Assembly (NCBI GenBank): GCA_015067305.1
Contig: SVMT01000006.1
Location: 18,751 to 82,750 of the forward strand
Direction of reading: 5' to 3'
Source of the DNA: Oscillospiraceae bacterium
Lineage (GTDB): Bacteria; Bacillota; Clostridia; Oscillospirales; UBA644
Length of the DNA stretch: 64,000 nt
The notes beneath the pieces were generated by a model, which was not told the origin of the DNA, did no database searches, and was given only the letters and a program-made list of their open reading frames with translations. Position numbers and translations under genes: made by a program. Shown in pieces: positions 37,201 through 45,158 of this stretch; position 1 is the stretch's first letter, and every line of letters starts with the position of its first letter.

Positions 37201-40003
37201 TGCTACCGTTGTTATCGTTGGACTTGATAAACTTATGTCCGACAACTCTATCTTTGCACTTGGTGAAAACCTTACATTTAAACTTGATCTCCTTATTGAA
37301 AAACTTACAAGTGACTTTAACGGTCATATGGAAGTTATAGCAGATAAATACGAGAATTGCTACTTCACAGATATCTCCGGTGTAAATACAGGCGTTTCCA
37401 CTCCTGTTGTGATTACTCCCAACGGTGTTGGAGATATGGCTACAATGATGGGTGAAACACTCTTTGATGAATATGAACATGAAGAGATCGCAAAGAGAAT
37501 CATTTGTGATACCCTTGGTATTCACGTTCCTAATGCTGACGATGAAGGAACAACTGAAAAGATAGCTACTTTGGACGAATGTTGCTACGTTACATATAGC
37601 GGATGTGAATTGTGCGGAGTAGGTTCTTTCACAAGAGAAGTCGAACATGTTTGGGGTATGTACTTGATAGGTAGTGATGAGGCTACAGGTAAGGACATAC
37701 TTGAGGCAAAATGGGCAGACGACTTTACTTCTGCAACACCTATTTTGCGTTGCCCCGCTTGTGATGTGGAAACTCTTGCTGAATACTATACATCTGAAAA
37801 CATTACCATTAAAAAATATGAATCTTGTGAAGAAGACGGATATTGGAACTATACTGTTACATTTGACATTGGCGGAGAAGAATATGTGAATGTTTACAGT
37901 CGTGAAGTTGGTCCTACGGGTCACAAGTACGTCGAACCCACTTGGGAATGGACTAAGAATGAAGATGGCGTTTACGTAAATGCTGAAGCTACATTCGTTT
38001 GCGCTAACGACGAAGAACATGTTGAAAAAGTTTCCACAGAAGAATTCTCTGTTAAGGTAGTTACAGAACCCACTTGTACAGGTGAAGGTGAAAACGAATA
38101 TACCGCTACAGTTGAATTTAACGATAAAGAATATTCTAATACTAACCCCGAATATGTTGTTGTAGACAAGATCGCTCACGCTTACGACAAACCTGTTTGG
38201 GCTTGGTCTGAAGATCTTTCCGAAGCTACAGCTTCCTTCGAATGCATTTCTTGCGACGATGTTCAGGTTGTAGAAGCTGAGATCGAATCCGAAACAACTA
38301 AGTCTACTTGTCTTGAACACGGCGAAACAGTTTATACTGCAACTGTAGTATTCGGTGACGACAAGAAAGAATTTACAGATTCTATAACAGTAGAGCTTGA
38401 ACTCGGCGATCACGATTATGTTGATGATATCTGCTCCGTTTGCGGTGAAAAAGACCCCGATGCTCGTCCCGACGAAACAGGCGACTGCGTATATGTAACA
38501 GAAGAAGAACTTGACGCTGACGGTGTTTACACAATGACTCTCGGTGGTGAAGAGGTTGGCGAATTTGAATTCATTGCGGTTGACGGCGGTTGGACGATTT
38601 CCGATGACGGTGAATATCTTGCAATCGAAAACGGCAAACTTGTTTACAGTGAAAATGCGTTTGTTTGGACATTTGAAGATGATATGTTCAGCGCAAGCGA
38701 AACTGTAGTTGAAGAAATCAAAAAAGGCTTCTGGGGCGGTCTCTTTGGCGGTTCCGACAGCACAGAAATCGTAGAAACTACAACAACATACTACCTCGCA
38801 GTTGTTGAAGACGAACTCACAGCAGGCGAGATCGGTGATGCGGCAGAATTCTCTGTTAAACATCATGATGACAAACACAGCTACGACGAAGGCGTTGTAA
38901 CTAAACCCACTTGCACAGATAAGGGTTACACAACTTATACTTGCGAAAAGTGCGGCGAAGAATGTGTTTATAACGAAAGAGAAAAAATCGAACACAACTA
39001 CGTAGACGGCAAATGTGAAGACTGCGGTAAGCTTGAGGATGTTGAAGAACCCGAAGAACCTGAAGAAAACTGCATCTACATTGAAGAAGTTGAGCTTGAA
39101 GAAGACGGTTCTTATATTCTCTCTATCGGCGGCTATGAAGTAGGTAAATATACTGTTACGGCAGTTGATGACGGTTGGACTATCTTTGATGAAAAAGATG
39201 AAACATATCTTGCAGTTCTTAACGGTATCCTCGTTTATACAGATGAAGAGTTTGTTTGGGCTTATGATGAAGAAGAATGCAAGTTCTTCTATGAAGATGT
39301 TAAGGTTGTAACTACAACAAACAACTTCTGGGGCGGACTCTTCGGAGGTTCCACATCAACAGAGACTATCGTTAATGTTTACTACATCGTTCCCGAAGAA
39401 GATAAACTCGTAGTTTCTGAAGATGATGAACTTGCAGAAGTAACCTTTGAGGTCATTGTTGTTGAAGAAGGTCACGACTATGTTGACGGTATTTGCGAAA
39501 ACTGTGGTAAGTGCGAAGATGATACCTGCGTACACTTCGATGCTGTAGAGCTTGAAGAAAACGGCGAATACGTACTTATTATCGGTGATGAACATCTTGG
39601 CTTCCATACATTTGAAAATGTTGACGAAGACCTTTGGACTATCGTTAATGAAGACGGCGACTATGTAGCACTTGAAGATGGCGAGATCGTTTACACAAGC
39701 GAAGAATTCGTATGGACATACGATTCCGAAAAATCCGTATTCTCTGTTGAGATCGTAACTGTTGCGACAAGCGGCTTCTGGGGTGGACTCTTCGGTGGAA
39801 ATACTTCTACAAAGGTAGAAACTTATTATCTTGTTGCTGAAGACGGTAACCTTGCTGTTTCCTTGAAAGACAAGACTGCAACAGCTGAATTCCTTGTTGA
39901 AGTCGAAGGCGAACATGAATACGGCGACTTGGAAGATTACTACGGTTTGGGTCGTTCTTTCTGCGAAAATTGCGGTACAGTAAAATTTGAAATTGCTGAA
40001 TAA
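34277..40003 (+). CDS. Giant secreted acidic protein: split SGNH hydrolase, degenerate SGNH-like domain, Cys-rich modules and three FWGGLFGG repeats
   Basis: AGGAGGA as SD. Signal peptide ending SFA/A. GDS at 34421-34429, GSND at 34907-34930, HPNSTGH at 36647. One uninterrupted 1908-codon frame. Strong terminator at 40019-40049. Confidence 0.8.
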   Translation: MNSKHTPKFKALLALFLSISMLFSMVVTSFAALPQDVVDDDVIRYVSIGDSVTNGYGLDEYYFYDANGKRINSTGFRRYVPTSYPYRISEILSEALGMPVELDPMAIAGMRFNDLRLILDESFGGDTYMGDENGDGIRETVWRYNSAVDCWLDIYLSNPEDDKIDPNGTAAKYIKDYNYTKGSDLDPASRWEILNNEFTLSIEKADFISIDLGSNDFGTYLTDRLMDYVQGEAFDVSKADYQRFEIFFDEVSVKSLENMVLTMIQNAGYEEPLKSVVGDLVETLLYGLVSFCGNFDACMELLFDINPDAQVMIIDAYNMMSSVKIDGTAVFGEGINVSDIMNIFIDMANLYTRELSPYASKVLHVDIGADSYPDLVMDYFNDFSGWMNLEDDEVTEARTIMKLLLEEFLGDEWSAVEEQIITIDNMEDDISGTISLNIISAILENAQTSVEGVNLVKKAVDGVAQAESLIGNITSTYVDTAFLEGYLPDIVAKYDGTSLESIIRSNISSTVEDLLKDESLASMLPQEVTSSVISDMVYDVALAYGKSTSNEAKNAVIKAAVIDILELAQSCDEAYANFIYNIVSEYNDEANTTDKEKMVAAITTYLSADTSIEKPEAMAELAYTVYCIYDAVVVKGTLADANDVIAVLTALYGDRLLPEQINAIGACYSGNYTDEELVTAVSTLMALGGYADSIDMYKLYHQFPYTLSEIAQSNTIYLDSFLPYLAGKALDFDGIAARFFSDDDPLILTEPDREKYESDEAYNEAFEMFKHDSTLLTVYIRFLSLTGLFVHPNSTGHATFTEVISEYLDKFVPNVAAGDDVYELRTDIEYKVLAIGDEYIKNVEDCYAEKVAEALDSTVKYQSYPGWTVGETLTFAKNNPENISGYDLILLNVGAWNVGYIAKYLNSNGTAPIDLTDIDILDVSKDADGKNSIGERFEDMLSGDDMMLMAKAMMYGYADFANSIEPLVETLLDTGATVVIVGLDKLMSDNSIFALGENLTFKLDLLIEKLTSDFNGHMEVIADKYENCYFTDISGVNTGVSTPVVITPNGVGDMATMMGETLFDEYEHEEIAKRIICDTLGIHVPNADDEGTTEKIATLDECCYVTYSGCELCGVGSFTREVEHVWGMYLIGSDEATGKDILEAKWADDFTSATPILRCPACDVETLAEYYTSENITIKKYESCEEDGYWNYTVTFDIGGEEYVNVYSREVGPTGHKYVEPTWEWTKNEDGVYVNAEATFVCANDEEHVEKVSTEEFSVKVVTEPTCTGEGENEYTATVEFNDKEYSNTNPEYVVVDKIAHAYDKPVWAWSEDLSEATASFECISCDDVQVVEAEIESETTKSTCLEHGETVYTATVVFGDDKKEFTDSITVELELGDHDYVDDICSVCGEKDPDARPDETGDCVYVTEEELDADGVYTMTLGGEEVGEFEFIAVDGGWTISDDGEYLAIENGKLVYSENAFVWTFEDDMFSASETVVEEIKKGFWGGLFGGSDSTEIVETTTTYYLAVVEDELTAGEIGDAAEFSVKHHDDKHSYDEGVVTKPTCTDKGYTTYTCEKCGEECVYNEREKIEHNYVDGKCEDCGKLEDVEEPEEPEENCIYIEEVELEEDGSYILSIGGYEVGKYTVTAVDDGWTIFDEKDETYLAVLNGILVYTDEEFVWAYDEEECKFFYEDVKVVTTTNNFWGGLFGGSTSTETIVNVYYIVPEEDKLVVSEDDELAEVTFEVIVVEEGHDYVDGICENCGKCEDDTCVHFDAVELEENGEYVLIIGDEHLGFHTFENVDEDLWTIVNEDGDYVALEDGEIVYTSEEFVWTYDSEKSVFSVEIVTVATSGFWGGLFGGNTSTKVETYYLVAEDGNLAVSLKDKTATAEFLVEVEGEHEYGDLEDYYGLGRSFCENCGTVKFEIAE
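38411..40003 (+). repeat. Three in-frame tandem coding repeats (~150-200 aa each) in the giant gene
   Basis: The units start at H-x-Y-V-D-x-x-C-x-x-CG (38411, 38993, 39473). Each contains FWGGLFGG (38729-38752, 39326-39349, 39776-39799). Confidence 0.85.
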
Positions 40004-40018
40004 GCGATAAATAGTATA

Positions 40019-40049
40019 AGAGGATGGGCAATTTGCTCATCCTCTTTTT
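40019..40049. terminator. Bidirectional terminator between the giant gene and the acyltransferase gene
   Basis: AGAGGATG-N11-CATCCTCT followed by TTTT. It lies between convergent stop codons at 40003 and 40054. Confidence 0.8.
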
Positions 40050-40053
40050 GTGA

Positions 40054-41376
40054 TTATTGAATTTTGTTTAACCGTTCTGCTCGTTTAGCAAGGCGCTTTT
40101 CCATTTTCTGCTTGTAAAGCTCTTCCGTAGCGAAAGAAAGTTTCGTGATCACATTTTGCTTGGTGGGGTAGCAGTAGAGTGAATCTTTTGAGGTTGAAAT
40201 ATCTATGCAGTCATCGGGGCGGACATAGCAATAGTCATATTCCACGTGAACTCCGTACATGCCCGGGACCATGCGGCTTATCTTATATTTTTTGCCGTTC
40301 AGCTCGCCCTCTACAGTAAATCCGTTGTAGTTGTGGGTCAGTTTTCCTTTTCCTAACTTTTGGAATTTCATGCAGGAGGGGAGAGAGTAGATTTCAACTT
40401 CATCTTCAAAGTAGTATTTCCCTTCGTCGATCTCCTTTCGGACATTTGCGCGTTCCCATTCAAACCAATCGGGAATATGGGAAAATTCCGTTTCGCCGCT
40501 GAGTGCCTTCAACCTTCCAAGTTCATCCATTTCCCACTCTTTGCCGCATTCCTTGCAGAAAATTTTCGTTCCTTTACTGTCCATTTTGCTTTCTGTCAGA
40601 CAATGCGGACACTGATAGAGTATCTTATGCAATCCCTCTGCACGGAATTCTTCGGTAATTCTGATATTTTGCTCTTCCTGCCACTTGTATTCGTTGTACT
40701 TCATAGCGTCCGTCAGCTTTTGCTGAATTTCCTCGGAAGTCATTTTTTCAATGTCTTCGGGCTTAAGGACACATGTCATTGTGGTGTGTAATGGAGCTTT
40801 TCTTGGTTGTCTGTAATTCCAGAAAGGTGTGTGGAGATAGTTTCCGTGGTGGAGAAGCACCACTACAGGTACATTCATTTTTTTCGCTAAATGTCCGAGA
40901 GAGTTTGGTAGGATCGCCGTTGTTCCCGCAGGGGAGTATCTTGCTTCGGGGTACATTGACATTACGCCTTTTTTCTTGAAAAGCACGTGCTCAATGGATT
41001 TTACGAGTTCCGGGTCTGTGGTGAATTTTCTCTTGCACATGCAGCCGATAAGCTCCATAAGGAACGGTCTTCTGTAGTATCCGTCTACGGTTGCAATGTT
41101 GTAGACCTTATGGGGATAAGTTGCAATGGAATTCAAATAGAAATCAACGAAATACATGTGGTTGCTCAATAAAATATAAGGCGGCTTGATGCCCTCCATA
41201 TTTATCTTTTCAACTTTGTATTCCTGACCCATCATAAGAATTTTGCTCAAAGCAAAAATTGCAAAGGTGAAGATTCCTGCCTGGGTCATGGGTAATTTAG
41301 ATGTATCGTAGTGCTTTACGTTTTTGCCGTAAGGTACTTCATCGTAGATGATCTCTTGAATTTCAGTGTTTTCCAT
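40054..41376 (-). CDS. PlsC/LPLAT-family acyltransferase with a C-terminal zinc-ribbon extension
   Basis: NHMYFVD (HX4D) and YPEARYS (block III) motifs, plus CPHC...CKEC. The ATG at 41376 has an AGGGGGA SD immediately after the MFS stop codon. Confidence 0.7.
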   Translation of the reverse strand: MENTEIQEIIYDEVPYGKNVKHYDTSKLPMTQAGIFTFAIFALSKILMMGQEYKVEKINMEGIKPPYILLSNHMYFVDFYLNSIATYPHKVYNIATVDGYYRRPFLMELIGCMCKRKFTTDPELVKSIEHVLFKKKGVMSMYPEARYSPAGTTAILPNSLGHLAKKMNVPVVVLLHHGNYLHTPFWNYRQPRKAPLHTTMTCVLKPEDIEKMTSEEIQQKLTDAMKYNEYKWQEEQNIRITEEFRAEGLHKILYQCPHCLTESKMDSKGTKIFCKECGKEWEMDELGRLKALSGETEFSHIPDWFEWERANVRKEIDEGKYYFEDEVEIYSLPSCMKFQKLGKGKLTHNYNGFTVEGELNGKKYKISRMVPGMYGVHVEYDYCYVRPDDCIDISTSKDSLYCYPTKQNVITKLSFATEELYKQKMEKRLAKRAERLNKIQ

Positions 41377-41389
41377 ATTGATTCCCCCT

Positions 41390-42685
41390 TTATTTTTCAA
41401 TTACTATTTTCTGATTTCTTACTACTTTATAGAGGTACAATGCCAGAATTATGAGTATTACAGAGCTGATAAGCGAGAGTATTTGTTGCGGATAGACTGT
41501 TATTCCAAGAATTTGGTTGCCGTTGGCTTCGATTTTTTGGATAAATACGGATTCTATACAGGAAGTAAGAAAACCTGCCACACCGCCGATTGCTGATTTC
41601 CAGCCGATGGCTACACTTCTGTTTTCTTCCTTGACGTAGTCGAATGTCAGATTCAGGATACCGCTGTTGATGCCTGCCATAGATATTGCAAAGATCATGT
41701 AATATATGGTGTATGTTATTTTGCCTGTTTCAGGCGTGCTGAATGTGTTGATGAAAAAACCGATCGAAGCGATAATAACGCATATTCTCAGCATTTTTTC
41801 CCAGGAATGTTTATCTGCGTATTTGCCAAAGGGAACGGAGAAGAAAGATCTGACGACGCTATATAGGAATGTTAGAACTGCTATAAATGTCATACTGAAA
41901 CCGAGGGTATTACGCTGAAAAGCTCCGAATGAATAGGTTGAGGCATTTGCGATGTAATAAAGTACGAAAACAACGATTATGTGGCGATAGGATTTATCTA
42001 AAATCGTCACTTTGAGAGAGTCTTTCAGTCCTTCAAGGAACGGTTTGTGTTCGTACTCCGCTTCGATGTGGTTGTCTTTAATAAGGCACATGGAAATAAA
42101 ATGAAGTATTGCAAGACCGATTATCGTAATGCCACCGGCGATAAAACTTCCGCTTATGTTTCCTGCGGCTTCAAATGAGTCGATTATCTGACCCATAATG
42201 AAGCTGAATACTACACCTCCGATGAGCGAAACGATCTCTTTTTTCGCTGTAAAAACGCCTCTGTGACCGTTCTCAACATTTGACATATGCCAAGTTGTCT
42301 TGAACGGACAAAGTGAATGTTCTATCATGCTTCCTGCAATTAGCAAAAACAGAAAGATTGCGGATTTTATACCTGTAGGAATATTAAAAAACGGCGTGAA
42401 ATACATCAGCGCAAAAAGCATTTGGTTGAAAAAATTCCATGCTGTTACCCAACGCTTGACCGATGAGGTCTTATGTATCAGAAGTACGGAAAAAAGTTCC
42501 GCCGAGAAAGTCATTGTTACAAGAGACGAAATGACCGTTTGAGCCGCCGTTGAAAAGCCTATATCGTTGAGCAGATTTGTGAGATATGCTCCCGTTATCA
42601 TTATTGAAATAAAGTATTCCAGTGCCGCTTCGGCGATATATGCGCCACGGCTTATTTTTCCCTGTTTTGTATTTAAATTCGACAT
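41390..42685 (-). CDS. MFS transporter
   Basis: 431 aa with about 12 hydrophobic segments. Its stop lies 13 nt upstream of the acyltransferase start. Confidence 0.75.
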   Translation of the reverse strand: MSNLNTKQGKISRGAYIAEAALEYFISIMITGAYLTNLLNDIGFSTAAQTVISSLVTMTFSAELFSVLLIHKTSSVKRWVTAWNFFNQMLFALMYFTPFFNIPTGIKSAIFLFLLIAGSMIEHSLCPFKTTWHMSNVENGHRGVFTAKKEIVSLIGGVVFSFIMGQIIDSFEAAGNISGSFIAGGITIIGLAILHFISMCLIKDNHIEAEYEHKPFLEGLKDSLKVTILDKSYRHIIVVFVLYYIANASTYSFGAFQRNTLGFSMTFIAVLTFLYSVVRSFFSVPFGKYADKHSWEKMLRICVIIASIGFFINTFSTPETGKITYTIYYMIFAISMAGINSGILNLTFDYVKEENRSVAIGWKSAIGGVAGFLTSCIESVFIQKIEANGNQILGITVYPQQILSLISSVILIILALYLYKVVRNQKIVIEK

Positions 42686-42770
42686 TTGTTTTTACCTGAT
42701 TTCTATTTTATTCTATATTATTATAGCACTTAAGTACGGTTCTGTCAAGAGAAAATAGAAAATTTCTCTG

Positions 42771-42799
42771 TTGACAAGTTGGAAAAAATGTTGTATAAT
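42771..42799 (+). promoter_or_regulatory. Housekeeping-type promoter of the sigma-factor gene
   Basis: TTGACA (42771-42776), 17 nt, then TATAAT (42794-42799). Confidence 0.6.
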
Positions 42800-42827
42800 T
42801 ATAGTATAGGAAATTGGAGGTGCTGAC

Positions 42828-43580
42828 ATGAACAAAACAGAAGAAAAACTTTTTATTGAGTCCGTTTTTGATGAATTTTCCCTTAATGTGAAAGCTATGG
42901 CTAAATATATTTTAAAAGACGAAGACTTGGCAGAAAAGGCTGTATATAGAACTTTTGTAAAGATCATCATAAACATGAAGCTTTTCGATGATGTTGAAAG
43001 TGAAGATTTCCGTCGTCTTGTAGTGGTGTTTCTCCGTTGCTCTTGCTATGAGATCTTACGTAAAAAAAGAAGAATTGAATACAGTCAGAAATTTGAAGCC
43101 CCCGAAACATACAACAATTACGGCACGTGGAATAAGATACTGAAAAAATCAACCCTTCGTTGGCTCAAAAATACTTTTACTTCATTCGGTTCTCCGTTCA
43201 AGGAGATCTGTATCCTGAGATTCTACTACAACATGGATATAAAATATATTGCACGGGCACTCACCATGAACAGATGGGATGTTTTGGCTGTATTGAGCAG
43301 ACGTTTGGTACAGCTGAGGAATGAAACGGAAAGTTTTGTCGGTGAATTTGTCTCAAATGCGGAAATGGGGCTTGCAATATCGCTTGTCAGCGGTGAATTT
43401 GTGGAAGAAGAATTTGCCCGTATGAACAAATTTGATGTCACACGGGTAAAGGTTGCCTCAAAAACAAAGGAGAAAATTTTGAACAAGCTCAAATTCGTCA
43501 GAGCGAAACCCTTTATTGTATTGGGACTTGCCGCGTTTTTGGTGCTGGTTTCTGTAATCGTAATTTTGGCAGTTTTGTAA
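42828..43580 (+). CDS. ECF-like sigma-70 family factor with a C-terminal tail-anchor TM helix
   Basis: Region-2-like (DLAEKAVYRTFVKII...FLRCSCYEILRKKRR) and region-4-like (ILRFYYNMDIKYIARALTMNRWDVLAVLSRRLVQLR) segments. About 85 extra residues follow, ending PFIVLGLAAFLVLVSVIVILAVL. Confidence 0.65.
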   Translation: MNKTEEKLFIESVFDEFSLNVKAMAKYILKDEDLAEKAVYRTFVKIIINMKLFDDVESEDFRRLVVVFLRCSCYEILRKKRRIEYSQKFEAPETYNNYGTWNKILKKSTLRWLKNTFTSFGSPFKEICILRFYYNMDIKYIARALTMNRWDVLAVLSRRLVQLRNETESFVGEFVSNAEMGLAISLVSGEFVEEEFARMNKFDVTRVKVASKTKEKILNKLKFVRAKPFIVLGLAAFLVLVSVIVILAVL

Positions 43581-43669
43581 GAAAATATTTTATCGTGGAA
43601 CTTTTGGAAATATTTGTCGTCTAAACAGTGAGAGCTAAAACTCTTAATATATTTGAAAGGATCGGTATT

Positions 43670-45016
43670 ATGAAAAACTTTTTTGCAATGTTGCTTGCTT
43701 TCGCAATGCTTTTTACGATGATTGGTTGCGGTGAAGTCTCCGGAATTTCAGAAGAGGATTCCGTGAATGATGAAAATATCACGGATGAGATCGAAACCGA
43801 TTTGTTGGATTCTGTTTCCGTAAATGACGAAGAATCTGAAAAAACTGAAAAGGTTGAAGAACCCAAAGCGCCTCAAGAGGTAACGCTTAGATCTGACCAT
43901 GCGTATGATTTAACTAAATATGACGGATTATTTAAATGGCTTCCTAAAAACAAAGAGGATACGATTGTTTGGGCTGAAACTTCAATTTGGACTATGTACG
44001 GAGGTAAAGAGACTTACAGTACTTTTTATATTATGGACGCTGTTCCTCAGTTCAGGGAAAAGAATGAAGATACTGTTGCTTTGAATCAGACCGCTTCTGA
44101 TTTTCTTGAATCTATGGACGGAAATCTGTATACGTATATTTGTGGCGATCGCAATGATATAGTTACAGTTTTATCTGAAGTAAAAACTATTGGTTCAGAA
44201 CCTTGTTGGTTGAATTACGGTTATGACTTCATTAATGATTGCCGTATTTCCATGAAAGAGTATCTTGAAAAACGTGGAATTTTTGAAGCTGAAATAATCG
44301 AAGCTGTAAATGAAAACGCATATTTGCTTGATTATCTGACTGTTCCGGATGGAGTTACTGCGGAGATCTGTCTTGAATTCGATGGCGATTATTGTATGAT
44401 GCTGCCTACAAGAAATGATGCAATAATTTTCTATTCTGTTGTTTATCATTCAGATTCTGATGAGATAATTCCATATAAAGTCGGTTCTGTGACATTTGCT
44501 TTAAAACCCTTTGATTACGAATTGCAAGAGGCTTTTGCCGATGATCTGGATTGGTTTTATGATGGAGTCTTCGTACATTCAGTACACTCTTATATGGAAG
44601 ATTCGATCAGTGTTTGGGGTGGGCTTCCTCTTTTGAAGAGTGATTCCGAAGACGCAAAAAAGATAAATGCTCAAATTATGTACAACAGATTCGGAATGTT
44701 GGGTTCTGATGTTTATAAGCGTCCCGACAATATTTTGGTTCTTTCATTGACATATGAAACAACTTGTCATGGGATAGATCGTCCGTCTTATGTTTTCAAC
44801 ACCGAAACAGGAAAACGGATTTCAAACTATGATTATCTTATATCTTTGGGTATTGACTTTGATGAGGTTGTAGAAAAGATACTTGAAAAACCCGGTACTC
44901 TTTATAGCGATCAAATAGATTTCAGGTCGGGAAACGATTACAGTTTCAATTTTGTTGACACTGATACCGTCAGAATATTTTATAATGAATACAGCAGCAT
45001 AGAAATTGATTTCTAA
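43670..45016 (+). CDS. Hypothetical lipoprotein (448 aa)
   Basis: Lipobox MIGC, an acidic linker and no recognised domain. GAAAGGA as SD. It lies 90 nt downstream of the sigma gene. Confidence 0.6.
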   Translation: MKNFFAMLLAFAMLFTMIGCGEVSGISEEDSVNDENITDEIETDLLDSVSVNDEESEKTEKVEEPKAPQEVTLRSDHAYDLTKYDGLFKWLPKNKEDTIVWAETSIWTMYGGKETYSTFYIMDAVPQFREKNEDTVALNQTASDFLESMDGNLYTYICGDRNDIVTVLSEVKTIGSEPCWLNYGYDFINDCRISMKEYLEKRGIFEAEIIEAVNENAYLLDYLTVPDGVTAEICLEFDGDYCMMLPTRNDAIIFYSVVYHSDSDEIIPYKVGSVTFALKPFDYELQEAFADDLDWFYDGVFVHSVHSYMEDSISVWGGLPLLKSDSEDAKKINAQIMYNRFGMLGSDVYKRPDNILVLSLTYETTCHGIDRPSYVFNTETGKRISNYDYLISLGIDFDEVVEKILEKPGTLYSDQIDFRSGNDYSFNFVDTDTVRIFYNEYSSIEIDF

Positions 45017-45023
45017 ATACAAT

Positions 45024-45058
45024 AACGGAGTCAGAAATTGGCTCCGTTATTTATTTTA
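45024..45058 (+). terminator. Terminator after the 43670..45016 lipoprotein gene
   Basis: AACGGAGTC / GGCTCCGTT stem, then ATTTATTTTAT. Confidence 0.7.
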
Positions 45059-45081
45059 TCAGATATTTCGTATCTTTTTCA

Positions 45082-45110
45082 TTGACATATTAAGAGAAAC
45101 GTGGTAAAAT
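45082..45110 (+). promoter_or_regulatory. nadE promoter
   Basis: TTGACA, 17 nt, then TGgTAAAAT. Confidence 0.6.
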
Positions 45111-45158
45111 ATAAGATAAAGTGAAAAATATAATTGTAATTACGAAAGGGTCATCAAT

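Noticed and set aside
37046-38995. 649-aa ORF antisense to the giant gene
   Set aside because: It is a mirror image of the acidic GAA/GAT-rich coding strand, giving an F/C/N/V-rich low-complexity translation. It has no SD and no domain signature, and it is fully nested in a gene with strong coding evidence.
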